Below are positions 1-9,765 of a stretch of 48,254 nucleotides of DNA, piece after piece (within the stretch, counting starts at the first letter, position 1; each line of letters starts with the position of its first letter). Under the pieces are notes generated by a model. The model made no database searches, was not told the DNA's origin, and worked only from the letters and a program-made list of their open reading frames with translations. Where the stretch lies: contig CALMZY010000386.1 in NCBI GenBank assembly GCA_937870865.1, positions 1-48,254 on the forward strand, read 5' to 3'. Both the position numbers and the translations under genes were made by a program. This stretch comes from an uncultured Lentisphaerota bacterium (GTDB taxonomy: Bacteria > Verrucomicrobiota > Kiritimatiellia > CAIQIC01 > JAGNIJ01).

Positions 1-502
1 CCATCACGCCCATGAAAAGGTTTCCGTGCACTGCCTTGAGGCGGGAAACGCGGTGTCCCTGCTGGTGGACGGCAAGCCCATCGGGGTCATGGGGCTCCTG
101 AAGAGCGAGATTCGCAGGGAGTGGCGGATGGTCGGACCCGTCGCCGTCCTGGAAGTCCAGTTGGCGCCGATCCTGGCTCATGTTTTTGCGGGAAGGTTGT
201 TTGCGCCGATGGCGGCGTATCCCTCCATTTCGCGGGATGCCGCTTTCGTGGTGGACCAGGGGGTCCGGCACGCCGACGTCCTGAAAATTGTCGGAAAAGT
301 CGCGCCAAAAGATTTGGAAAAGGTCGAGCTATTTGATATATTCGCCGGTGAGGGGATAAGCGCAGGAAAGAAAAGTATGGCTTACTCCTTCACGTATCGA
401 TCTTTGGAGCGTACATTGACTGACGAGGATGCCAATCGGTATCACGAGGCGGTCAAGAACGCCTTGAAGAAAGAGTTGGGAGTGGAAGTTCGGGAAGGCT
501 GA
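1..502 (+). CDS. pheT: Phenylalanine--tRNA ligase beta subunit, C-terminal fragment (5' end upstream of window)
   Basis: The frame is open to the window edge. The tail ...SRDAAFVVDQGVRHADVLKIV...FDIFAGEGISAGKKSMAYSFTYRSLERTLTDEDANRYHEAV matches the C-terminal FDX-ACB-type domain of PheT as I know it. Confidence 0.8.
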   Translation, partial: HHAHEKVSVHCLEAGNAVSLLVDGKPIGVMGLLKSEIRREWRMVGPVAVLEVQLAPILAHVFAGRLFAPMAAYPSISRDAAFVVDQGVRHADVLKIVGKVAPKDLEKVELFDIFAGEGISAGKKSMAYSFTYRSLERTLTDEDANRYHEAVKNALKKELGVEVREG

Positions 503-799
503 AAAAAGAATAAGGCAGCGGTTGAACCCCATGATTCTGTCATGGTTTGAAAATCTGATCCTATTGATCGCCGGTGTCCTGGGATGTCCGGCGCTTGAAA
601 CCTTGGGCGCGTTTTCCTTCAAGCCGGTCCGTGTGGCGGCTGAAGAAACGTTGATTGTTCGTACATCGCGGGGCGTCAGGGGGGCGATGACGATTCCGGC
701 AAGACGACCGTCAAGGGTGTCGGCCGGACAATAGGCAGATCGTGTTCTTTGCCATTCGGGGTTCCGATTTTTCCCGACCCCTTCGAGGGTCGGGACGAA

Positions 800-1000
800 G
801 AAAAATACCCTGCCTTGTTCGTGACTGGGCCAATATCTCTGACCCAACATTAAGTTGAACAGGGAGCTCGGCGTTCGGATGAATACTTCGTATCTCCTCT
901 TTAACCGGGGGAGAAGCAAGGTTCGTCCGGCAGAGCACCCACCTTGGTAATCAAGGTACAGAGATAGTGCCCTAACGACTCGTGGTGGGGTATTTTTTTT
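800..1000 (+). ncRNA. Candidate structured small RNA (rod-like, 6S-RNA-like fold) ending in a T8 tract
   Basis: There is no credible ORF in the 516-nt pheT-rarA gap. Nested co-linear pairings: 806-814:984-992 (TACCCTGCC/GGTGGGGTA, two G.U), 819-822:975-978 (TCGT/ACGA), 827-830:969-972 (GGGC/GCCC), 834-841:959-966 (TATCTCTG/CAGAGATA). Local hairpins lie inside, and T8 follows at 993-1000. Confidence 0.3.
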
Positions 1001-1018
1001 GCGCTCGCGGAGCCCTGT

Positions 1019-2371
1019 ATGGACCTGTTCGAGCAAGACGAGATCAGTGCCGGCGACGTCGCGAAGCAGCCGCTCGCGGCGCGGATGCGCCCCCGGACCC
1101 TGGAAGAAATCGTGGGTCAGGATCAGATTCTCGGCCCCGGCAAGCTTCTCCGGCGCGCGATCGAGGCGGACCGCCTCGGCAGCGTCATCCTGTACGGACC
1201 CCCCGGCTGCGGAAAGACCACGCTCGCGGAAGTCATTGCGCGGGCGACCCGCCGCCGCTTCGAGCGAACGAGCGGCGTGTTGGCCAACGTCGCGATCCTG
1301 CGGACGCATCTCGAGTCCGCCAAGAACCGCCGCAAGACCAGCGGCGCGGAGACAATCCTGTTCATCGACGAAATCCACCGGTTCAACAAGGCGCAGCAGG
1401 ACGTCCTTCTGCCGTACGTCGAGGATGGTTCCATCACGCTGATCGGCGCGACAACGCACAACCCGTTCTTCTTCATCAACAGTCCGCTGACCTCGCGCTC
1501 GCAGATTTTCCAGTTGGAGCCCCTGAAGGAGGCTTCGGTCCTCGTCCTTCTCCGGCGCGCGCTCGAGCGCGACGAGAGCCTGAAGGCGATGGCGATTCAG
1601 GCGGATGACGACGCGCTGGAGCACCTGGCGAAGGTGTGCGAAGGCGACGGCCGCCGCGCGCTCGGCGCGCTGGAGATCGCCGCGCTCACGACCGCGCGCG
1701 CCGACGACGGCATCGTCCATATCACGCGCGCCGCCGCCGAGGAGTCCATCCAGAAGAAGGCCGTGGTGTACGATCACGACGAGGACGGGCATTACGACAC
1801 CATCTCGGCGTTCATCAAGAGCGTGCGCGGTTCGGATCCGAATGCCGCGCTGTACTGGCTGGCCAAGATGCTCTACGCCGGCGAGGATCCGCGGTTCGTC
1901 GCGCGCCGGCTGGTGATCCTGGCCTCCGAGGACATCGGCAACGCGGATCCGCGCGGCCTCACGCTCGCGACCTCCGCGATGGAAGCGGTGGAGTTCGTCG
2001 GAATGCCGGAGGCGCGCATCATTCTCGCCCAGGCGACGACCTACCTGGCGACCGCGCCGAAGAGCAACGCGTCGTACACGGGGATCGAGGCCGCGACCGA
2101 CGACATTAAGAACGGCCGGACGCTTCCCGTACCGCGTCCGCTCCGCAGCACGGGCTCCAAGCGCGCCGCGAAGGAATTCGGCCACAAGGGCTACCAGTAC
2201 GCTCACGACTTCGAGGGTCATTTCGTGGACCAGGAGTACGTGCCGACGTCGAAGAAGTACTACCAGCCGACCGCTCAGGGCTACGAGGACACGATCCGGA
2301 AGAGAATCGAGCACTGGGACGGGCTGCGGAAGAAGTCGAAAGCCGCTCAGGAAGAAACGGAGGGGAAATGA
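1019..2371 (+). CDS. rarA: Replication-associated recombination protein A (AAA+ ATPase, MgsA/RarA family)
   Basis: 450 aa starting at an ATG. Walker A is ILYGPPGCGKTTLAEVIA and Walker B is ILFIDEIHRFNKAQQD. The C-terminal MgsA-type region reads ...FGHKGYQYAHDFEGHF. Confidence 0.95.
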   Translation: MDLFEQDEISAGDVAKQPLAARMRPRTLEEIVGQDQILGPGKLLRRAIEADRLGSVILYGPPGCGKTTLAEVIARATRRRFERTSGVLANVAILRTHLESAKNRRKTSGAETILFIDEIHRFNKAQQDVLLPYVEDGSITLIGATTHNPFFFINSPLTSRSQIFQLEPLKEASVLVLLRRALERDESLKAMAIQADDDALEHLAKVCEGDGRRALGALEIAALTTARADDGIVHITRAAAEESIQKKAVVYDHDEDGHYDTISAFIKSVRGSDPNAALYWLAKMLYAGEDPRFVARRLVILASEDIGNADPRGLTLATSAMEAVEFVGMPEARIILAQATTYLATAPKSNASYTGIEAATDDIKNGRTLPVPRPLRSTGSKRAAKEFGHKGYQYAHDFEGHFVDQEYVPTSKKYYQPTAQGYEDTIRKRIEHWDGLRKKSKAAQEETEGK

Positions 2372-2955
2372 CCCTGCCGGCCGGCAACAAAGGAGCGATC
2401 CGCGAACGAATCCGGTCCTTGCGACGCGGGTTCGACATGGCGTGGGTCGAACAGGCCAGCCCGTTGATCCTGGAAAAAGTCGTGGCGCTTCCCCAGTTCA
2501 GCGCGGCGCGCGTGGTGAGCTGCTACATGGCGCTTCCCCACGAGGTGCAGACGGAGGAGTTGATCGAGATGTGCTGGCAGCTCGGCAAGCGCGTTTGCGT
2601 TCCCGCCCTGCTGAAGGGAAGCCATGAGTACGAGCTGTCCTGGCTGGAGCCGGGCGATGCCACCGTGCAGGGGCCGGTGAAGATTCCGCAACCGCGGGAT
2701 ATCCGCCGCGTCCAGCCCAAGGATGTGAACCTGATGATCGTGCCCGCCATGGCGTTCGACCGCCGAGGGAACCGCCTCGGGCATGGCTGCGGGCACTACG
2801 ACCGGCTCATGGCCAAGTGTCCCGGCTACAAGGTCGGGCTGGTTTTCGAGGTGCAGATGGTGGACGAGGTGCCGGTGGAGGCGCTTGACGTCGCCGTCGA
2901 CATCGTTGTGACCGAGCAGAACATATACCCTCCCGCGAGCGTTCGCGGGGGGTGA
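2368..2955 (+). CDS. ygfA: 5-formyltetrahydrofolate cyclo-ligase
   Basis: 195 aa. Family signature ...LMIVPAMAFDRRGNRLGHGCGHYDR.... The start overlaps the rarA stop (ATGA). Confidence 0.85.
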   Translation: MTLPAGNKGAIRERIRSLRRGFDMAWVEQASPLILEKVVALPQFSAARVVSCYMALPHEVQTEELIEMCWQLGKRVCVPALLKGSHEYELSWLEPGDATVQGPVKIPQPRDIRRVQPKDVNLMIVPAMAFDRRGNRLGHGCGHYDRLMAKCPGYKVGLVFEVQMVDEVPVEALDVAVDIVVTEQNIYPPASVRGG

Positions 2956-3018
2956 AATTGAAACAGTACAAGACGCGCGGACGGGGTTTCAGAGCGCCCG
3001 GTCCGGCGGGAGGTGAAC

Positions 3019-4575
<1,557 letters not shown>

Positions 4576-4582
4576 TCGAAAG

Positions 4583-4645
4583 CCCAATGTCCAAAGTCGA
4601 AAGTCGGCGTTCGCCACCTTGGACATTGGACCTTAGACTTTGGAC
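4583..4645. repeat. Intergenic interleaved inverted repeats (word-like hairpin element) between rny and ymdB
   Basis: CCAATGTCCAA 4584-4594 pairs with TTGGACATTGG 4619-4629. GTCCAAAGTC 4589-4598 pairs with GACTTTGGAC 4636-4645. The left arms overlap, so the two structures are alternatives. Confidence 0.7.
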
Positions 4646-4675
4646 TCCTTTCGTGTCCTGGGCTATGATGCGCCT

Positions 4676-5464
4676 ATGAAAATACTCATCGTCGGTGACA
4701 TCGTCGGTTCCCCCGGGCGCATGGCCTTCGCGAGGATCGTCGGCCGGATGCGGACGGCGGGAGAAGTCGATTTCGTGATCGCCAATGCGGAGAACGCGGC
4801 GGGCGGCCGCGGGATCACGCCGGCGCTGGCCGAGGATTTGTTCCGGGCCGGCGCGGATGTGCTGACCACGGGGGATCATGTCTGGGATCAGAAGGAACTG
4901 GCCAAGAACATCGACAAGGAGCCGCGCATCCTGCGTCCGGCCAACTACGCGCCGGCCTGTCCCGGCAAGGGCCAAATCACGGTGGATACGCCGGCGGGGC
5001 GGGTGACGGTGATCGACCTGGTGGGCCGGGTGTTCTTGGGGCCGGCCGATTGCCCGTTCCGCGCCGCGGATCAAATCCTGAACACCGGCGGGCCCGGCAA
5101 GATCGTCATCGTCGATCTCCATGCCGAGGCGACGTCGGAAAAGATCGCGATGGGCCGGTACCTCGACGGCCGCGTGTCCGCTGTGGTCGGAAGCCATACG
5201 CACGTCCAGACCTCGGACGAAACGATCCTGCCGAAAGGGACGGCGTACATCACCGACCTCGGCATGACGGGTCCCAAGGACTCCGTGCTGGGCCGCGAGG
5301 TCGAGTCGATCCTGCACAAGTTCCTGACCGGCATGCCGGCGCCGTTCGAGGTGGCGACGAAGGACGTCAACCTGGAGGGCGTGCTGATTACGGTGGACGA
5401 AAAGACGGGCCGGGCCACGAAGATCAAGCGGGTCCGCGAGAAGATTCCAGACGCGAGCGCGTGA
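4676..5464 (+). CDS. ymdB: YmdB-family metallophosphoesterase (2',3'-cyclic-nucleotide phosphodiesterase-like)
   Basis: MKILIVGDIVGSPGR..., ENAAGGRGIT, VDLHAEATSEK and GSHTHVQTSDE motifs. rny-ymdB synteny is known from Bacillus. I prefer ATG 4676 over the track start 4640. Confidence 0.85.
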   Translation: MKILIVGDIVGSPGRMAFARIVGRMRTAGEVDFVIANAENAAGGRGITPALAEDLFRAGADVLTTGDHVWDQKELAKNIDKEPRILRPANYAPACPGKGQITVDTPAGRVTVIDLVGRVFLGPADCPFRAADQILNTGGPGKIVIVDLHAEATSEKIAMGRYLDGRVSAVVGSHTHVQTSDETILPKGTAYITDLGMTGPKDSVLGREVESILHKFLTGMPAPFEVATKDVNLEGVLITVDEKTGRATKIKRVREKIPDASA

Positions 5465-6774
5465 TGCCGGGCTCTGAACAGGATGGCCGGAAAATATACC
5501 GCGTGGGCGAGATCACGAGGCTGATCCGCGTTGCCCTCGAGAACGAATTCGGCAGCGTGTGGATCGAAGGGGAGATTTCCAACCTGCGGCGACCGTCGTC
5601 GGGCCACCTCTACTTCACGCTGAAGGACGAGAGCGCGCAGATCGCGGCGGTTTTCTTCAAGGGCGCCCAGCGGGGGCTGGCCTTCGCGCTCAAGGACGGC
5701 GTGAAGGTCAGGATGTTCGGCGAGATTTCCGTGTACGAAGCCTCGGGCCAGTACCAGGTCATCGTGCGCAAGGTGGAGGAGGCCGGCAAGGGGAGCCTGC
5801 AGGAGGCGTTCGAAGCGCTCAAGAAGAAGCTCGCGGCGGAAGGACTGTTCGATGCGTCAAGAAAGAAGCCCCTGCCGGTCCTGCCGCGCCATGTCGGAAT
5901 CGTGACGTCGCCCACCGGCGCCGCGATTCACGACATCCTCAGCGTCCTGTCCCGCCGGTTTCCGAACCTTCACATTGTGATCGCGCCGGTCAAGGTGCAG
6001 GGCGGGGAAGCGGCGGGGGAGATCGCGGCGGCGATCGACCTGTTCAACGAGCGGGGCGGAATCGACGTGATGATCATCGGCCGCGGCGGCGGCAGCCTGG
6101 AGGATCTCTGGTGTTTCAACGAGGAAGTCGTCGCTCGGGCGATTGCCCGATCGCGGATCCCGGTCATCTCGGCGGTCGGTCACGAGATCGATTTCACGAT
6201 CAGCGATTTCGTCGCCGACCTGCGTGCGCCGACTCCTTCGGCCGCGGCGGAGCTGATGGTCGGCCGGAAGGCTGCGTTCGAGGAACAGCTGCAGCAGGTG
6301 GGCGCGCGCCTCGTCCGGTGCTTGCGCGAGCGCGCGCTTGAACTCAGGAACCGCGTGACCGCGGCGGGCCGTAGTTACGTGTTCCGCGAACCGCGCAACC
6401 TCGTGCGGCAGTTCGTCCAGCACATCGATGCGTTGCGCGCATCGCTTCTGACCGGGCTGGAGGGCGCTGCGCGCGAACGGCGCGTGCGCCTCGACAGTCT
6501 CGGCCTCCGCCTGGCGCACGGGGTTGAACTCAAGACGGGCGCCCTGCGGCAGGACGTGCGCCGGATCGCCTCGCAGCTCAGGGCGCTGAGTCCGCTGGCC
6601 GTGCTGGATCGAGGGTTCAGCATCACAAGACTGAAGGGCGGCGCGATTATCCGGGACGCGGCGGACGTGGGTGCGGGTGCGGTCCTGCAGACGCAGGTCG
6701 CGCGCGGGGTCCTGGAATCCAAGGTTATTTCAAAGGAATCGGGAGGCAAACATGGCAGAGAAGAAAAACGATAA
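5464..6774 (+). CDS. xseA: Exodeoxyribonuclease VII large subunit
   Basis: OB-fold N-terminus (VWIEGEISNLRRPSSGHLYFTLKD), GIVTSPTGAAIHDIL and IIGRGGGSLEDLWCFNEE. ATG 5464 overlaps the ymdB stop (TGATG). The upstream 138 codons of the track ORF overlap ymdB out of frame. Confidence 0.9.
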   Translation: MPGSEQDGRKIYRVGEITRLIRVALENEFGSVWIEGEISNLRRPSSGHLYFTLKDESAQIAAVFFKGAQRGLAFALKDGVKVRMFGEISVYEASGQYQVIVRKVEEAGKGSLQEAFEALKKKLAAEGLFDASRKKPLPVLPRHVGIVTSPTGAAIHDILSVLSRRFPNLHIVIAPVKVQGGEAAGEIAAAIDLFNERGGIDVMIIGRGGGSLEDLWCFNEEVVARAIARSRIPVISAVGHEIDFTISDFVADLRAPTPSAAAELMVGRKAAFEEQLQQVGARLVRCLRERALELRNRVTAAGRSYVFREPRNLVRQFVQHIDALRASLLTGLEGAARERRVRLDSLGLRLAHGVELKTGALRQDVRRIASQLRALSPLAVLDRGFSITRLKGGAIIRDAADVGAGAVLQTQVARGVLESKVISKESGGKHGREEKR

Positions 6775-7003
6775 GGCCCAGAATTTCGAGAAGGCGCTGG
6801 AACGGCTGGAAACCCTTGTGGGCGAGATGGAGAGCGGAACGCTGAGCCTTGAGAAGATGATGGCCTGCTTTGAAGAGGGGACGGAGCTGGTCAAGTTCTG
6901 CAACCAGAAGCTCAACGAGGTGGAAAAGAAGATCGAGATTCTCGCGAAAAAGGGCGAGGAGATCACGACCGAGCCGTTTGAGCCGGGAGGAGACCCGTCC
7001 TGA
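6752..7003 (+). CDS. xseB: Exodeoxyribonuclease VII small subunit
   Basis: 83 aa from ATG 6752. FEKALERLETLVGEMESGTLSLEKMMACFEEG is typical of XseB. It lies directly after, and overlaps, xseA. Confidence 0.85.
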   Translation: MAEKKNDKAQNFEKALERLETLVGEMESGTLSLEKMMACFEEGTELVKFCNQKLNEVEKKIEILAKKGEEITTEPFEPGGDPS

Positions 7004-7048
7004 TGTTGAACATTTGCGCTGCGGTGTTGTCTGAACAGGCTGTAACGC

Positions 7049-8110
7049 ATGAAACGTCTTTGCGTCAGTCTGATCGCCGGTCTGTTCCTGCTTCCGGTGG
7101 TCTTTGAGGCCGCCGGCGCCCCTCCGAATTACGCCCGCGAGCTGGGCAACTCCTTTGCGGATGCCGTCGAGCGGGTCATGCCCTCCGTGGTCGTTATTCG
7201 TACGGAGTCGACCGTCTACCATGCGGCGCGGGACATCTACTTCGGCGGGGTGTACGGCATTCCGGAACGCCTCGCGGGTCAGGGGTCGGGCGTCATCATT
7301 TCGAAGGACGGATTCGTTCTCACCAGCAACCATGTCATCCGCAACGCCGAGGAGATCGAGGTCGCTCTCCAGGACGGGACGAAATATCCGGCGCGGCGGG
7401 TCGGTGTTGATCCGATGACCGACCTGGCCGTGCTGAAAATACAGGCGCCGGAAGGAACTGTGCTCACGCCGGTGGAGCCTGGGGATTCGGACAAGGTCCG
7501 CGTGGGCGAATTCGCGATCGCGATCGGGTCCCCCTTCAGCCTGAACAGCAGCGTGACCGTCGGAATCGTGAGCCAGAAAGGCCGGAGCGTCGGCCTTCTG
7601 CCGTACGAGGATTTCATCCAGACGGACGCCTCGATCAACCCGGGCAACAGCGGGGGTCCGCTGGTGGATGCCGACGGGCGCATGATCGGCATCAATGCGG
7701 TCATTCAGACGGGGGGACCCCTGTCGCAGGGCAACATCGGGATCGGCTTCGCCGTGCCCGTGAACATGGCGATGAGAGTGGCGGAGTCGTTGATCCGGTC
7801 CGGCCAGGTCGATCGGCCGTGGCTCGGGATGCAGTTGATGTCGTCGGACAAGGTGAACCCGGGGGATCCCGGCGTGCTGGTGGGCGGGGTGTATGGTGGG
7901 ACTCCGGCGGCACGGTGCGGGATTCTGGAGGGCGATATCGTTGTCAAAGTGGATGGCAGCCCGGTGTACGAGGCGCGGGACATCCAGCGAATCGTCTTCC
8001 GGCATCGCGTCGGAGAAACGGTGAAACTGGAAGTCCGGCGGAACGGATCGCCGATCCACTTCGAGATCGTCGCCGATCGAATGCCCGTTTTCGACAAGGG
8101 CAGGCCCTGA
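7049..8110 (+). CDS. HtrA/DegP-family periplasmic serine protease with one PDZ domain
   Basis: Signal peptide present. Catalytic-triad contexts are TSNHVI, DLAVLKI and GNSGGPLVD. The C-terminal region is PDZ-like (GVLVGGVYGGTPAARCGILEGDIVVKVDG). Confidence 0.85.
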   Translation: MKRLCVSLIAGLFLLPVVFEAAGAPPNYARELGNSFADAVERVMPSVVVIRTESTVYHAARDIYFGGVYGIPERLAGQGSGVIISKDGFVLTSNHVIRNAEEIEVALQDGTKYPARRVGVDPMTDLAVLKIQAPEGTVLTPVEPGDSDKVRVGEFAIAIGSPFSLNSSVTVGIVSQKGRSVGLLPYEDFIQTDASINPGNSGGPLVDADGRMIGINAVIQTGGPLSQGNIGIGFAVPVNMAMRVAESLIRSGQVDRPWLGMQLMSSDKVNPGDPGVLVGGVYGGTPAARCGILEGDIVVKVDGSPVYEARDIQRIVFRHRVGETVKLEVRRNGSPIHFEIVADRMPVFDKGRP

Positions 8111-8167
8111 AGCTTCTCTGCGGTTTATTGACTTTGTCTTTCCTCCCTTTTGAGCAACACTGAAGCC

Positions 8168-8908
8168 ATGGAACGCGTGCGGCTCGATCAGCGTGTGGTG
8201 GAAATGGGGCTTGTTGAAAGCCGTGAGAAGGCACAGAGGCTGATCCTGGCGGGCTGTGTGAAAGTCGATGGGCGCGTCGAGACGAAATCCAGCCATCAGA
8301 TCTCCAAGGAGGCTCTCGTCGCGCTGGTCGAACAGGAGAGGTTTGTCAGTCGCGGGGGCGAGAAACTCGAAGAAGCCTTTCTCCGGTTCGAACTGGATGT
8401 GCAGGGCCGGGTCTGCATGGACGTGGGCGCCTCGACCGGCGGATTCACCGACTGCCTGCTTCAGCACGGTGCGGCGCGCGTGTATGCGATCGACGTGGGC
8501 CGCGGGCAGATTCATTCGACGCTTCGCTCCGATCCGCGCGTGGTCGTCATGGACGGCGTGAACGCGCGATATCTCGTGCCGGGCGACCTTCCCGCCGTTC
8601 CGGAGTTCGCGACGATCGACGCGTCGTTCATCTCCTTGACTAAGATTCTGCCCGCTGTTACACAGGTCCTCGCGAACGGCGGGCGCATCGTTTCGCTGAT
8701 CAAGCCGCAATTCGAGGCGGGCCGCGAGCAGGTGGGCAAGGGCGGTGTGGTGCGAAGCGAGGCGGTCCGGGACGAGGTGGTTGAGCGTGTGCGCCGGTTC
8801 GGCACGGACGAATTGGGTTTGAAGTGGCTGGGGGTGTGTCCGTCGCCGATCAAAGGGCCGGCGGGCAATGTGGAGTTCCTGGCATGTTGGGAAAAGGTCA
8901 GGTCATAA
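8168..8908 (+). CDS. tlyA: TlyA-family rRNA (cytidine-2'-O)-methyltransferase
   Basis: S4-like N-terminus (RLDQRVVEMGLVESREKAQRLILAGCVKVDG) followed by an FtsJ-type SAM motif (MDVGASTGGFTDCLL). ATG at 8168; the track start 8150 is TTG. Confidence 0.85.
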   Translation: MERVRLDQRVVEMGLVESREKAQRLILAGCVKVDGRVETKSSHQISKEALVALVEQERFVSRGGEKLEEAFLRFELDVQGRVCMDVGASTGGFTDCLLQHGAARVYAIDVGRGQIHSTLRSDPRVVVMDGVNARYLVPGDLPAVPEFATIDASFISLTKILPAVTQVLANGGRIVSLIKPQFEAGREQVGKGGVVRSEAVRDEVVERVRRFGTDELGLKWLGVCPSPIKGPAGNVEFLACWEKVRS

Positions 8909-9765
8909 GAAAAGTCGGCGTGCTGGTCAATTGCCGGAAGCCCGACGCGCGTGCCGCCCTGGGTCAGCTGGGGAGGAAGGCCTCGGCGCTGGGCATGAAG
9001 CTGTACACCTGCGACGCTGTCGGTGGTCTGCTTCCGGGCGCTCAACGCGTCTCGCAGGCGGATCTGGCGCGTCGCGTGGACGCGCTGATGGCGTTGGGCG
9101 GGGACGGCACGGTATTGCGCGCCGTCCGCCTTCTTGGCGGGAGCAACAAGCCGGTCCTCGGCGTCAACCTGGGCAGCCTGGGATTTCTGACGAGCGTCAC
9201 AGAGGGGGACCTTGACCGGGTTCTCGAAGTGCTTCGCAAAGGCAGTTTCACCACTTCAATGCGATCCGTCGCCGAGTGCCGCCTGTTCCGGCGCGGAAAA
9301 CAGATTGCGGGTTATCGCGGACTCAATGATGTGGTGGTCGGCTGGGGAGTTTCCTCGCGCGTGAACACGCTGTCGGTTTCCGTGGACGGCGAGCCGGTGA
9401 CCGCGTACGTGTGCGACGGCCTGATCGTCTCGACGCCGACGGGCAGTACGGGTCATTCGCTGTCGGCCGGGGGGCCGATTCTGCATCCCGAGAGTCCCTG
9501 TTTTGTCATCAACGCGATCTGTCCCCACACGTTGAGCAACCGGCCGCTGGTGGTATCCGACAGGAGCCGGATCACGGTGCAGGTGGTCAAAGCGCTCAAG
9601 AAGCTTCTGCTTTCGGTCGACGGGCAGGAGGGCTGCGTCGTTCAACAGGGGGATCGCCTGGAGATCAGGCGTTTCACGAAGCCCGCCTGTTTCATTCACC
9701 TGCCGGGCTATAGCTACTTCTCGCTTCTGCGCAAGAAGCTCAACTGGCGCGGATCAAGCATTTAG
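8884..9765 (+). CDS. nadK: NAD kinase
   Basis: GGDGTVLRA, NLGSLGFLT and DGLIVSTPTGSTGHSLSAGGPI motifs. ATG 8884 overlaps the tlyA 3' end; the exact start is uncertain. Confidence 0.85.
   Translation: MLGKGQVIRKVGVLVNCRKPDARAALGQLGRKASALGMKLYTCDAVGGLLPGAQRVSQADLARRVDALMALGGDGTVLRAVRLLGGSNKPVLGVNLGSLGFLTSVTEGDLDRVLEVLRKGSFTTSMRSVAECRLFRRGKQIAGYRGLNDVVVGWGVSSRVNTLSVSVDGEPVTAYVCDGLIVSTPTGSTGHSLSAGGPILHPESPCFVINAICPHTLSNRPLVVSDRSRITVQVVKALKKLLLSVDGQEGCVVQQGDRLEIRRFTKPACFIHLPGYSYFSLLRKKLNWRGSSI

Noticed and set aside
503-799. Search of the pheT-rarA gap for tRNA, tmRNA, RNase P RNA or SRP RNA.
   Set aside because: I found no GGTTCGAATCC-type T-arm with an acceptor stem. There is no tmRNA 5' GGGG..GGATTCGAC or 3' CCACCA context, no RNase P GAGGAAAGTCCGGGC / ACAGAA..CGGCTTA motifs and no SRP GGAAGCAGCC motif. 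Only the 800-1000 rod-like candidate is kept. The GC-rich hairpin at 773-794 has no U-tract.
329-2314. Very long antisense or out-of-frame ORFs in the track. Examples: 329-2314(-), 2989-4626(-), 6725-8710(-), 20367-21923(-), 24975-26624(-), 28260-30695(-), 31851-35447(-), 39092-42448(-), 42682-43935(-) and the 5' two thirds of 14723-16747(-).
   Set aside because: Each lies opposite or out of frame to a gene with clear family motifs or clear signal-peptide and repeat logic. Their translations are R/G/P/A/H-rich without motifs, which is the expected stop-codon-poor shadow of a high-GC genome.
5050-5463. 138-codon N-terminal extension of the xseA ORF.
   Set aside because: It overlaps ymdB in another frame, is Arg/Gly/Pro-rich, and XseA homology starts only at ATG 5464, which is coupled to the ymdB stop.
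9762-9765. 4-nt overlap of the convergent stop codons of nadK and the GH10 gene.
   Set aside because: This is a trivial consequence of compact gene packing. No hairpin or other structure is associated with it.
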